Source: Candidatus Babeliales bacterium (GTDB lineage: Bacteria; Babelota; Babeliae; Babelales; Vermiphilaceae). From it: DNA of 64,000 bases. This document shows positions 55,478 to 64,000 of this stretch, piece by piece. The notes under the pieces were generated by a model. The model had not been told where the DNA came from and ran no database searches. It saw only the letters and a program-made list of their open reading frames with translations. Numbering within the stretch: position 1 is the stretch's first letter; each line of letters begins with the position of its first letter. The stretch spans positions 192,001 to 256,000 of the forward strand of contig CAVUQO010000003.1 in the NCBI GenBank assembly GCA_963743635.1, written 5' to 3'. The position numbers and the translations under genes are program-made.

Positions 55478-56809
55478 TTAACATGGGGTATTAACTGTCA
55501 CACTCGCGCTAGCAGATTGATTGCCACTTGCATCCACTGAAACAATGTAATAACTATAGATAATATTCGGTTGGCGATTGTGATCATAAAATTCGAGCGA
55601 GGTTGATGAGCCTGCAAGATCAGTTAAGGCTGCATCGCGATAGATGTTATACGCAGCGGGAGAGCCACTTGCCGGCGCCGTCCACGTGAGTTTGTTGATG
55701 TAATCCGTTTGCAGCAGGAATACATTCTTAGTTTTACAACCGCTGACATTAGTTGGAGAGGAATTTGATGGAGTGATTGCAAGAGCAAATGGTTCAATTC
55801 CCACGGGGATTGATGTTTTGAAAGTTGGGACTAGTGCATTTGAGGTATTAATGACGTTAACCATGCCATTAGTTTCAAAGTCAGCTACATATAATGAGTT
55901 GCCATCAGATGTCAGCGCGATAGTAACTGGGTTAATAATAGAGGCGTCTGTAATAACGGTTCCCATCACGGGTGATGCAGGATTGGAAATATTAAGAGTG
56001 CCGATAGCATAAGCCATATAATCCGAGTTTGCGCTTGCAACGTACATAGTTTTACCATCGGAAGTAATGGCTAGGCCAGTGGGTCTAAAGTAGGGTTCGG
56101 GAGTTGACGGAATGACTTGTGTCGGTAAAGGCATAAGCCGGTTTGATCCTGCTATGTTATATTGTTGAATCATATTGCTGTCCGATTCACTTACATAGAG
56201 ATAGGTATTGTCAGGAGATATTGCCATGAAGCCAACGCTACTCAACGTCAGTTCTGGTTGGAGTGTCGGTGGATTAGTCGTTAAATCTACCGGTAGAACT
56301 TTATTGCCACCATTTGTTATATATGCAGTCTTACCATCGGGGGTTATGAATATCAAGAATGGTTCAAATGCGCCGCTTACGGTAGAAACGACCGCTTGTG
56401 TCGCGGTGTTAAATTGTGTGATATATCCCGTATCATATCCTGAATCATAGCTTATTACATAGGCATAAGTGCCATCAGGACTCATGGCAACCCCGTTGCC
56501 TTGCTGGCTTCCGAGAGAGATTGGGCTCAATAGAGTATTGGTTGCAACATCGATGAGTTGCACGCTGCCGTTGCAAGGTACCCATACCGTTTTGCCATCG
56601 GTGGTTATTGCGATTTGAACTTGTAGTTGATTTGATCCTAGATCTATAGTCTTGATAACCTCATTGGTGGCAGCATCAATAACTGAAACGCTATTTGATC
56701 CACCATTTGCAACGTATACAAAGGGTGCGCTCTGCAAAATATGAGTACTCAGCATTAGGCATATAAAAAATGCAGTGCGTTGGATGGTATTAAGAATGGT
56801 GTATTTCAT
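55478..56809 (-). CDS. YVTN/YncE beta-propeller protein with C-terminal FN3-like domain (paralog)
   Basis: YVANGGSNSVSVID blades; C-terminal ~85 aa nearly identical to 53838-55205. Confidence 0.88.
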   Translation of the reverse strand: MKYTILNTIQRTAFFICLMLSTHILQSAPFVYVANGGSNSVSVIDAATNEVIKTIDLGSNQLQVQIAITTDGKTVWVPCNGSVQLIDVATNTLLSPISLGSQQGNGVAMSPDGTYAYVISYDSGYDTGYITQFNTATQAVVSTVSGAFEPFLIFITPDGKTAYITNGGNKVLPVDLTTNPPTLQPELTLSSVGFMAISPDNTYLYVSESDSNMIQQYNIAGSNRLMPLPTQVIPSTPEPYFRPTGLAITSDGKTMYVASANSDYMAYAIGTLNISNPASPVMGTVITDASIINPVTIALTSDGNSLYVADFETNGMVNVINTSNALVPTFKTSIPVGIEPFALAITPSNSSPTNVSGCKTKNVFLLQTDYINKLTWTAPASGSPAAYNIYRDAALTDLAGSSTSLEFYDHNRQPNIIYSYYIVSVDASGNQSASASVTVNTPC

Positions 56810-56916
56810 AAATTCTCCTTTTTTAGCGATGAATTGCGGGTTTAAGATACAAACTCCTGAAATAGTTTGATTGTCGTTTCGTTCTCCTAATGTATAAATT
56901 TGATATCTCAGATCTA

Positions 56917-57756
56917 CTATATTTGAGAACAGCAATCAAGGGTTTCAGCATATCGGTCTTTCAGATAGGTTTCCCATAATGTTGGATACGCATCACTAAT
57001 CCATGTGTCAACCAGTTTGCGAAATTTGGCGGATGTTTTTTTCGCGTGAAATAGAATATCTTCTCCTTTTGAAACGGCACCATTATAGAGTGTAAGGCAT
57101 GCATTCCTATGATGTTCATAATCGCGCATAAACTCATCGAGTGGCATCGATGATTCATGCAGAAATGCGAGAATGGTTTCGAGTGTTTCGCGTGGCTTTG
57201 TTATGAAATCTTCATAATAGATGAGTAATCGTTTATCTTTTGGCCATGATTCAAACAATACAAGGTTTTCAAAATAAGTCTGCACCGCATAACCCTTGCC
57301 GACAGTATGATCGCGTAGCATCGATTGCCAACTATTGTATTTGTGTCGCGCAAAGGTCTCTTTTGGATTGCGCAGCAGAAGTATGAGTATATCTATATCT
57401 GGATTGGCAGGATGTATCTGCGCATCATTGCCTATGATTTCATATTGAGTATGTATTTTTTGAATGGGCGCTTTATCAACATCAAGCGCAAAGCCGGCGG
57501 TCCATCCAAGCGGGCGTTGGATTTCATAATAAAGGCCCGTGTGGCTAAAACTTGGCCGTTGCGTGAGAAACTCCAAGCAGTAGCGTAACCACGTGTTTCC
57601 GGAACGGGGAAATGATAACAAAAAGGTGCGTGGTCCTTGATATGCGCAGATGGCATCGAGCATGTGTTGGTGCTCGGGATCCGGTCGTTTTGCCTGCATA
57701 CAAAGTGCGAGATTGAGCGCGAATAGTAATAATGAGGCATATTTTGGATATGGCAT
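56917..57756 (-). CDS. PAPS-dependent sulfotransferase family protein with signal peptide
   Basis: SFPRSGNTWLR 5'-PSB loop, K.H, LLRNPKE, LIYYEDF. Confidence 0.85.
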   Translation of the reverse strand: MPYPKYASLLLFALNLALCMQAKRPDPEHQHMLDAICAYQGPRTFLLSFPRSGNTWLRYCLEFLTQRPSFSHTGLYYEIQRPLGWTAGFALDVDKAPIQKIHTQYEIIGNDAQIHPANPDIDILILLLRNPKETFARHKYNSWQSMLRDHTVGKGYAVQTYFENLVLFESWPKDKRLLIYYEDFITKPRETLETILAFLHESSMPLDEFMRDYEHHRNACLTLYNGAVSKGEDILFHAKKTSAKFRKLVDTWISDAYPTLWETYLKDRYAETLDCCSQI

Positions 57757-57919
57757 TAAACCTCCTTTGATTATTAATCTTCTTTTTTGAGGCTATTCTA
57801 GCATGGGCAAGGGGTAAATAATACTTTTCTTGGTCTTTTACGTTTTATACATATGAGGTATACTGAAAGGCGTTAAATAGTATGTTTTAATCCATTATCG
57901 TTGAACTCTAGGATTACGT

Positions 57920-58789
57920 ATGCAAAAAAGAATACATTACACTCTGATACTATGTTTTGTTATAACCTTAGGGTTAGTGAATATGTCGTGTAGTCGTGCG
58001 ACTGAACCAGCTTTTCACCATAATGGTGTGCCGACCAAACAATTGAACGCCGTCTTTACCGATTTGGGCGTTTCAGTTGATTCATTAGAACAAGCAAATG
58101 AGTTTGCACAGAAAAATTTGTTGCGTTCAGGTGAGCGCTGGGATGTGCAAGAGGATAATGAATTGCACACACGTATGCGTGATAATCAAGCCGCTTTGAT
58201 TGATGATGTGCGCGCATTTGGGATGATTGATGCGACAATCCCAACTAAAAAAGTGTATACCTATGCATTACTCATGGGCGCAACAACCGGTCGTGTTACG
58301 CAGCGTCTTGAGCATTTGGTAGATCTTATTAAAGATGGATACACTTTCAAATATATCGCGTTACTCGGCGGTGAACGCCCATTGCGTGATGTAGAAAAAG
58401 AAGGATTACCAGAAACGGTTACCACTGAAGCACAGATGATGGAATATGTATGTAGCCGATATCCAGAGCTTGCTGACTACAACGTTATTCTGGTCAATGC
58501 GCCGATGATTCAAAAACCAGATGGCACTTTCGCTCGACCAACTACCGATAACACGTTGGTATATTTTGCTGAAATTGCCCCAGAAGATGGATCATGCTTG
58601 GTGATATCAAATAATCCATACACCGTACGCCAGACCAAAGTTACGCAACGTATTCTTGATCAGTCTCGATTCCCAACGCAGGGCGCAGGGCCAGCGCTCA
58701 GCATAGACAAAGTTGGCATCATTATGCTGATGGACGAATTCGCACGTACTCTTTACGAAGAAAATCTTCGATTCAAATCAGGTAAGTAA
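57920..58789 (+). CDS. Exported hypothetical protein (possible Rossmann-like fold)
   Basis: 289 aa; ALLMGA, LLGGERPL, TEAQMM, RPTT..T, ISNNPY..RQ. Confidence 0.7.
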   Translation: MQKRIHYTLILCFVITLGLVNMSCSRATEPAFHHNGVPTKQLNAVFTDLGVSVDSLEQANEFAQKNLLRSGERWDVQEDNELHTRMRDNQAALIDDVRAFGMIDATIPTKKVYTYALLMGATTGRVTQRLEHLVDLIKDGYTFKYIALLGGERPLRDVEKEGLPETVTTEAQMMEYVCSRYPELADYNVILVNAPMIQKPDGTFARPTTDNTLVYFAEIAPEDGSCLVISNNPYTVRQTKVTQRILDQSRFPTQGAGPALSIDKVGIIMLMDEFARTLYEENLRFKSGK

Positions 58790-58848
58790 TTAAGATACTA
58801 CAATATGTATAGATGCCGGTGATGAGTTTTTATCACCGGCGTTTTTTA

Positions 58849-59010
58849 TTCTACTTCGCGAAAAGCTCAGACACAAGAAAATGAACATAGTTGAAGTAGA
58901 ATAACCCGGCGTAGCAAAATACTTCCTGAGGTATAACTTCGAAGCATTAGCGAAGCCTGGGTCAAATTAATTCTGCGCGATACAACGGTTTTAACCCGTT
59001 GAGTGCTTCA
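58849..59010 (-). repeat. Partial third copy of the IS200/IS605-like left end plus cttcgcNaaNgct-type REP-like units
   Basis: Reverse complement of 58969-59010 is tgaagcactcaacgggttaaaaccgttgtatcgcgcagaatt and overlaps the MFS stop codon; cccaggcttcgctaatgcttcg..gctacgccgg follows. Confidence 0.6.
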
Positions 59011-60201
59011 TACGCGCCGTTGCATCATGCCGAATATAAAAAGCATAGTCATCGCGGTGAGGCTTAAGGCAATCGCGTATGCAAAGCCAACTAATGGTGA
59101 ATAACGAGTCCATAAAAATCCAATCACCGAACTTGAAGCGAGCGCAGCAAAACCCTCGCTTGCTTGTAACGCTCCATATCCCAAACCTCTAATTTCAGCG
59201 GGCAGCATATCGGCCGCACATGCTTTTTTGAGTGTCATTACCGCTGCAGCACTAATTCCCGCCAATCCAAAAATAATAGAGCAATAAAGAAATGAAGCGT
59301 GTGAAGCAAGGAGCATGAATGCAGCTCCAGCAAATACGCCGCATCCACATACTGCGAGTAAGAATATGCGATTAATATAGTCGCTCAAAGAGCCGATGAT
59401 TACTTCGCTCAGTGCACGTATAAGGTTGAATATGGCGTATAACAGCACGAGAAATTGTGCAACGCGGCTTGGATCCATGGTTAACATGTCATGAGCGCGC
59501 GCCAGCAGCAGGAGCTTATTGAAGCAACTCAAATCGAAGATGGTTGCGATGGCTAAAAATAATTTAAATGAACGTGGCAGCATAAGAAAATCTTGCCATA
59601 GCGTGGGAGAAACTGTTGATTGTTTTTTTGGTGTAATAATATCTTGCGTAAAGAATAATATGGCAAAGACGGCCAGTATGCCAGGGATAAATGAAAGTAT
59701 AAAAATTTCCTGCATGGAGAGTATACCCAAGCATACGAATGTAACAAGAGGGCCTACGAGCGATCCGAGCGTATCCATTGCGCGTTGCAATCCAAAGGCC
59801 CGGCCATAATGTTCTGGTTCAACAATGGTAGCAATGAGCGCATCACGGGGTGGCTCGCGCAGCCCGCTGCCGGCAAATGAGAGCATTCGATACATCAAGA
59901 TACCCCAAAGCGAATGGGCAAAGCCTATGAGTGTTGAAAAGATAGCCGATAGCGCATAGCCAATCATGATTAATGGTTTTTTTCGTGATAAGCGGTCACT
60001 TAAGAATCCTGCAGTCAGCCGCAAAAAGCTGGCGAAGGCATCAGAAATGCTGGCAATGATGCCCAAGAAAAGCGGAGCTTGTGTGTGGCCAACAAACTGG
60101 GCAATCAGAATAGGAATGAGAGAAATGGTCATTTCATGACTAAAATCACATAAAAAGCTCGCAAGTCCAAAGCCGAATACTTTTTTAATCCATGTTTTCA
60201 T
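59008..60201 (-). CDS. MFS transporter
   Basis: GFLSDRLSRKKPL, G.GLREPPRDALIA, GRAFGLQRAMDTLG; about 12 TM segments. Confidence 0.92.
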   Translation of the reverse strand: MKTWIKKVFGFGLASFLCDFSHEMTISLIPILIAQFVGHTQAPLFLGIIASISDAFASFLRLTAGFLSDRLSRKKPLIMIGYALSAIFSTLIGFAHSLWGILMYRMLSFAGSGLREPPRDALIATIVEPEHYGRAFGLQRAMDTLGSLVGPLVTFVCLGILSMQEIFILSFIPGILAVFAILFFTQDIITPKKQSTVSPTLWQDFLMLPRSFKLFLAIATIFDLSCFNKLLLLARAHDMLTMDPSRVAQFLVLLYAIFNLIRALSEVIIGSLSDYINRIFLLAVCGCGVFAGAAFMLLASHASFLYCSIIFGLAGISAAAVMTLKKACAADMLPAEIRGLGYGALQASEGFAALASSSVIGFLWTRYSPLVGFAYAIALSLTAMTMLFIFGMMQRRV

Positions 60202-60483
60202 AGGGCCATCCAGGGAAAGGGTCTTTTACTCTGTCTACCATCTTTGGGCTTTTGAGTTCAATATTATTTGATTATCCCTGTAATAGGGAGGCTGGGATAT
60301 CGTTTTTGAGGACATGGGGCAGTAAAAAGCCTTGAGTGTAGGGCTTTATCGTGTTAAGCTGGGTTTTGTATGGGTTGAAACCCAAAGTCTAGTATTCCTC
60401 CAGCATTTTACGGTACTATTTCATAGAAAAACAGGGGTATTTTCCCTGGAAATATATTATTTTTATATCTTTTAGGATAACGT

Positions 60484-61857
60484 TTGAATAAAAAAAATAA
60501 CTATAGCTCATCCGTCTTCGCCAAGGCTTCGTCGGACAGGTCAAGAGACGGCGGCCAACGCCGCGACGGTGATTCTCGCAGAGATGGCGATCGCTCAAGC
60601 AGGGATGGCGCTTCAAGACGCAGTAGTGGCTCCGGATTTTCGGATAAACCTCGACGCAGCAGTGGTGGTCCGCAACGTGGCGGCCCTCGTCGTGATGGTG
60701 AATCATCAGCTCCCATGCGTTCTCGCCAGCAAGGACGCGCAAAAAGACAAGCAGATAAAAAATTCGATCCTTCTCTTTTTATTAAAAAAGTAGAAGAGCA
60801 AATATCAGAGCCGGTTTATATTCCTAAAAATATGTTTTCTGATTTTATGATCGAAGATCAAATCAAGAAAAATATTGAGCATAAAGGATATAAGGCGCCG
60901 ACGCCCATTCAAGATGCAGTTATTCCGTTGCTCTTAGAAGGTAAGGATGTCATTGCTACGGCAAATACCGGTACTGGTAAAACCGCAGCATTTTTGATTC
61001 CACTTATTCATAACATACTCACTAAAAAAATATCACGCGTTTTGATTATTGCGCCAACCAGAGAGTTAGCAGATCAAATTAACGCTGAACTTATTGAATT
61101 CAAAACAAAGACCGGTATTCTCTCAACGCTCTGCATTGGCGGCGCCAGCATGAGCATGCAAATCAGAGATCTTAAAAAGAATCCTCAGTTTGTGATCGGT
61201 ACACCAGGACGATTAATCGATTTAGAACGCAATGGCATGCTGCGCTTTAGCGCATTTGATGGTATCGTGCTTGATGAAGTTGACACCATGCTTGATATGG
61301 GTTTCATTAACGATATTCAATATATCAGCAAGAAATTGCCTGAAAAACGTCATTCGCTCTTTTTCTCTGCAACGATTCCCGCCGCAATGAATGATCTTAT
61401 GAAACGATTCTTGCATAACCCGGTGAGCGTGAGCGTTAAGACGCGCCAATCTTCAGGGAATGTGAATCAGGATATTATCAGAGTAGCAAAAGAGAAGAAG
61501 GTTGAGTTGCTTCACGATCTTTTAATCAAGCCGGAATTCAAGCGCGTTATTGTGTTTATGAGAACGAAACGTTCTGCTGATAAACTATCAAAGATATTGC
61601 GCGAACGCGGTTTTGAAGTTGCTTCAATTCACGGCGATAAAACCCAAGGTCAACGCAAGAAGGCGTTATCATTATTCAAAGATGGTACTGTGAACATTCT
61701 GCTCGCGACTGACGTGGTTGCTCGTGGTATTGATATTGATGATGTATCGCACGTGATCAACTTTGATCTGCCACAATCTTATGAAGATTACATTCATAGA
61801 ATTGGCAGAACTGGCCGTGCTGATAAGATCGGTCAGGCAATTACCTTTATCGAGTAA
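60484..61857 (+). CDS. DEAD/DEAH-box RNA helicase (DEVD)
   Basis: PTPIQ, ANTGTGKT, PTRELA, GTPGR, DEVD, SAT, ARGIDI, HRIGRTGR; RG/S-rich N-terminus; TTG start uncertain. Confidence 0.93.
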   Translation: MNKKNNYSSSVFAKASSDRSRDGGQRRDGDSRRDGDRSSRDGASRRSSGSGFSDKPRRSSGGPQRGGPRRDGESSAPMRSRQQGRAKRQADKKFDPSLFIKKVEEQISEPVYIPKNMFSDFMIEDQIKKNIEHKGYKAPTPIQDAVIPLLLEGKDVIATANTGTGKTAAFLIPLIHNILTKKISRVLIIAPTRELADQINAELIEFKTKTGILSTLCIGGASMSMQIRDLKKNPQFVIGTPGRLIDLERNGMLRFSAFDGIVLDEVDTMLDMGFINDIQYISKKLPEKRHSLFFSATIPAAMNDLMKRFLHNPVSVSVKTRQSSGNVNQDIIRVAKEKKVELLHDLLIKPEFKRVIVFMRTKRSADKLSKILRERGFEVASIHGDKTQGQRKKALSLFKDGTVNILLATDVVARGIDIDDVSHVINFDLPQSYEDYIHRIGRTGRADKIGQAITFIE

Positions 61858-61880
61858 TTGGCAGCTATTTTTCAGATATT

Positions 61881-61909
61881 AAGGCCCATCGCAAGATGGG
61901 CCTTTTTTT
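61881..61909 (+). terminator. Rho-independent terminator
   Basis: aaggcccatc-gcaa-gatgggcc followed by T7. Confidence 0.85.
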
Positions 61910-62076
61910 ATGTCCCCTAACTTGGCCTTTTAAATGCAGGTTTGGCGGCTATATGGGCACATTCCATTTGTAAATTTTTCATAGATTGCCTACCTTTTGT
62001 TATTTATTTTTATTACGGCATATTGAAAGAATAAGTAAAAATCTTTTAGGGACAAAAGATATATAGGGGGCCCACA

Positions 62077-63210
62077 ATGGTGGTTCGTAGATCTATTCTG
62101 TTTATAGCTGTTTTCCTGGGTTCGCTGAACCTGAACGTGTCGGCTGACGAGGCGATGGATTCACTGTGCGTTCGCCAGGATGAGATCTCATTGCGCCTCG
62201 ATAAGATTTTGCAACGAGCTGAAAATGAAGGCTGGAGTGATACGCAGCTTATTACTTTTTTGATGCCTATTGCTCATGGAATCTGGGCTGAGCATCATGA
62301 AAAACGGGATGAGCCGTATAAGAAGCGGCGTGATGATACTGAGCATTTTGCAAATCGTGTCGACGCTACTGAGGTGGTGAAAGCGAAAATTACTGAAATC
62401 ATGAAAGCAGACAAATTTTATAGTGGCTATAACCCTGATGAAGTGTCGGTAGTTGATATGCTGGGGCGTGATGTCGCTATCCTTTCTTCTTTAAAAAGCT
62501 GCGCAATTTATATATATCCCGGGGCTCCAGTAGATAGTCCCTGTCGCCGCCAACGTTTTCCAAAAGCAAAAGCGATACTGATGTTTGATCCCTATAGATT
62601 TTCAACGCAGGCTGAGTTGGAATCCTGTGTAGGGCATGAACTTGCTCATATGACTCAGGTCCGGCGAGGCGTATATCGCGTTGATGATCCAGTGTTCAGA
62701 TTTTATACAGAGATCGATGCTGATATTAGAAATATCTGTAAGCAAAAAAAGAATGGTATGTGGACATTGCGGGAAAATGGTGGGCAGATCATAGATGATT
62801 TTTGTGCATATTTAAACCGATATAACGAGCAAGTAAAAGATCATGTGAAAAATCAGTTAATCACTGGCCTTGAAGGTTCAAAAAAGAGAGCGGTAGAGAT
62901 TGTGGTAAATTATTGGAACAACTGGTACGACAACAAGTGCATGCGTGATGCTAATACCCATCCTGCTCCTAAAGTCCGTGAAGCATATATGAAAGAAGTT
63001 GTAGCATTGATCGAACGCTTGGGCGGCTCGATCAGCAATGATGAAATGAATGCCATGATAGCTATTATTGCAGCTCGTGTATGCACGGATAAAGGTTTCA
63101 TGATTACTGATGAATTTTTGCAATTGGTTGATTTGAAAAAGGCGCGCAAATTACCACGCATTGTAGAGCATATGCAAATACCGGTGTTACCAGGAGCAGT
63201 TCGAGTCTGA
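62077..63210 (+). CDS. Exported M48-like zinc metallopeptidase
   Basis: Signal peptide, GHELAH, EIDAD, THPAPKVR. Confidence 0.78.
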   Translation: MVVRRSILFIAVFLGSLNLNVSADEAMDSLCVRQDEISLRLDKILQRAENEGWSDTQLITFLMPIAHGIWAEHHEKRDEPYKKRRDDTEHFANRVDATEVVKAKITEIMKADKFYSGYNPDEVSVVDMLGRDVAILSSLKSCAIYIYPGAPVDSPCRRQRFPKAKAILMFDPYRFSTQAELESCVGHELAHMTQVRRGVYRVDDPVFRFYTEIDADIRNICKQKKNGMWTLRENGGQIIDDFCAYLNRYNEQVKDHVKNQLITGLEGSKKRAVEIVVNYWNNWYDNKCMRDANTHPAPKVREAYMKEVVALIERLGGSISNDEMNAMIAIIAARVCTDKGFMITDEFLQLVDLKKARKLPRIVEHMQIPVLPGAVRV

Positions 63211-63277
63211 AAGGGCTGCGTCATCTTGAATGATAAGTAAAAATTTTTTAGGGACAAAAGATATATGGGGGTCCACA

Positions 63278-64000
63278 ATGGTTCGTAAATCTATTCTGTT
63301 AATAGCTGTTTTTCTGGGTTCGCTGAACCTGAGCATGTCGGCCGATGAGGCCATGGATTCACTACGCTTTCAGCGCGATGAGATTTTGCAACGAGCTGAA
63401 AATGAAGGCTGGAGTGATAGGCAGCTGAGTGGGGTATTGTGGCCCGTTGTAAGGGAAATGCTTGCTAAAACTCAAGGTGCGTTTCGTAAGAAAATGCGTG
63501 ATGATAATGAGCATTTTGCCAATCGTATCTATGCTACGGAAGCACTGAAAGCGAAAGTTGTCGAGATTATGCAATCTAACAAATTTTATAGTGGCTATAA
63601 TCCTGATGACGTGGCAGTACTTGATGGAACGGGGTTTGGGGTGCCTGCCGAGTTAAGAGAGGTGGCTAGTTGTGGTATGGCGATAAGTCGCAATCCTCAG
63701 CAATCTCCATTTATTCGGCAACGTTTTCCAAAAGCAAAAGCTTTGATTCTCTTCAATCCTTATACATGTTCAACGCAGGATCAGATGGAGGCTTCGATTG
63801 GGCATGAGCTTGCGCATATGACTCAATTATGGTTGCGTCCATCGATTAATGATCCAGCATTACTTTATTATTCTGAAATAGAAGCTGATATTAGAAATAT
63901 ATGCACTCAAAAAGAGACTGGAATATGGACATTGCGCGAGAATAGCGCGCAATTGATAGATGATTGTTGTGCACACATGTATGAAATTACCAGTATTGAA
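63278..64000 (+). CDS. Exported M48-like zinc metallopeptidase paralog (runs off the window end; not in ORF track)
   Basis: MVRKSILLIAVFLGSLNLSMSADEAMDS..GHELAHMTQ..EIEADIRN; upstream region duplicated from ~62030-62076. Confidence 0.8.
   Translation, partial: MVRKSILLIAVFLGSLNLSMSADEAMDSLRFQRDEILQRAENEGWSDRQLSGVLWPVVREMLAKTQGAFRKKMRDDNEHFANRIYATEALKAKVVEIMQSNKFYSGYNPDDVAVLDGTGFGVPAELREVASCGMAISRNPQQSPFIRQRFPKAKALILFNPYTCSTQDQMEASIGHELAHMTQLWLRPSINDPALLYYSEIEADIRNICTQKETGIWTLRENSAQLIDDCCAHMYEITSIE

Overview
Bacterial chromosomal window that looks like a small-genome, host-associated (probably protist-infecting) bacterium. Candidatus Dependentiae/TM6 (Babelota) is my best guess from gene content; this is an inference, not a database result. 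A housekeeping backbone (rlmB-like, ftsQ-ftsA-ftsZ, pgeF, secA, hisS, cdsA, yraN, bamD, GspE/PilB ATPase, pseudopilin, tamB, rluA-family, mgtE, tRNA-Lys, tRNA-Glu, DEAD-box helicase) is interleaved with many signal-peptide-bearing orphan proteins. The standout is an ~8 kb cluster (28.9-36.7 kb) of apparently exported, eukaryote-type Kruppel C2H2 zinc-finger array proteins (more than 30 fingers) with NLS-like motifs and poly-Asn/Asp microsatellite spacers. It has been reshuffled by tandem duplication, and differences between near-identical finger copies fall largely on the DNA-recognition helix, making it a candidate family of diversifying host transcription-factor mimics. Other notable items: three small exported proteins with PP1-docking RVxF motifs; a recurrent signal-peptide cleavage site that would leave an N-terminal Met; an unannotated three-gene module (RHH regulator, GG-motif hydrophobic protein, small membrane protein); signal-peptide-bearing GNAT, sulfotransferase and DHOD enzymes; nested REP-like palindromes; IS200/IS605-like non-autonomous elements; and hairpins overlapping tRNA CCA ends next to a GIY-YIG nuclease. 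Single-base frameshifts in ftsA, ftsZ and gspE probably reflect sequencing or assembly errors.
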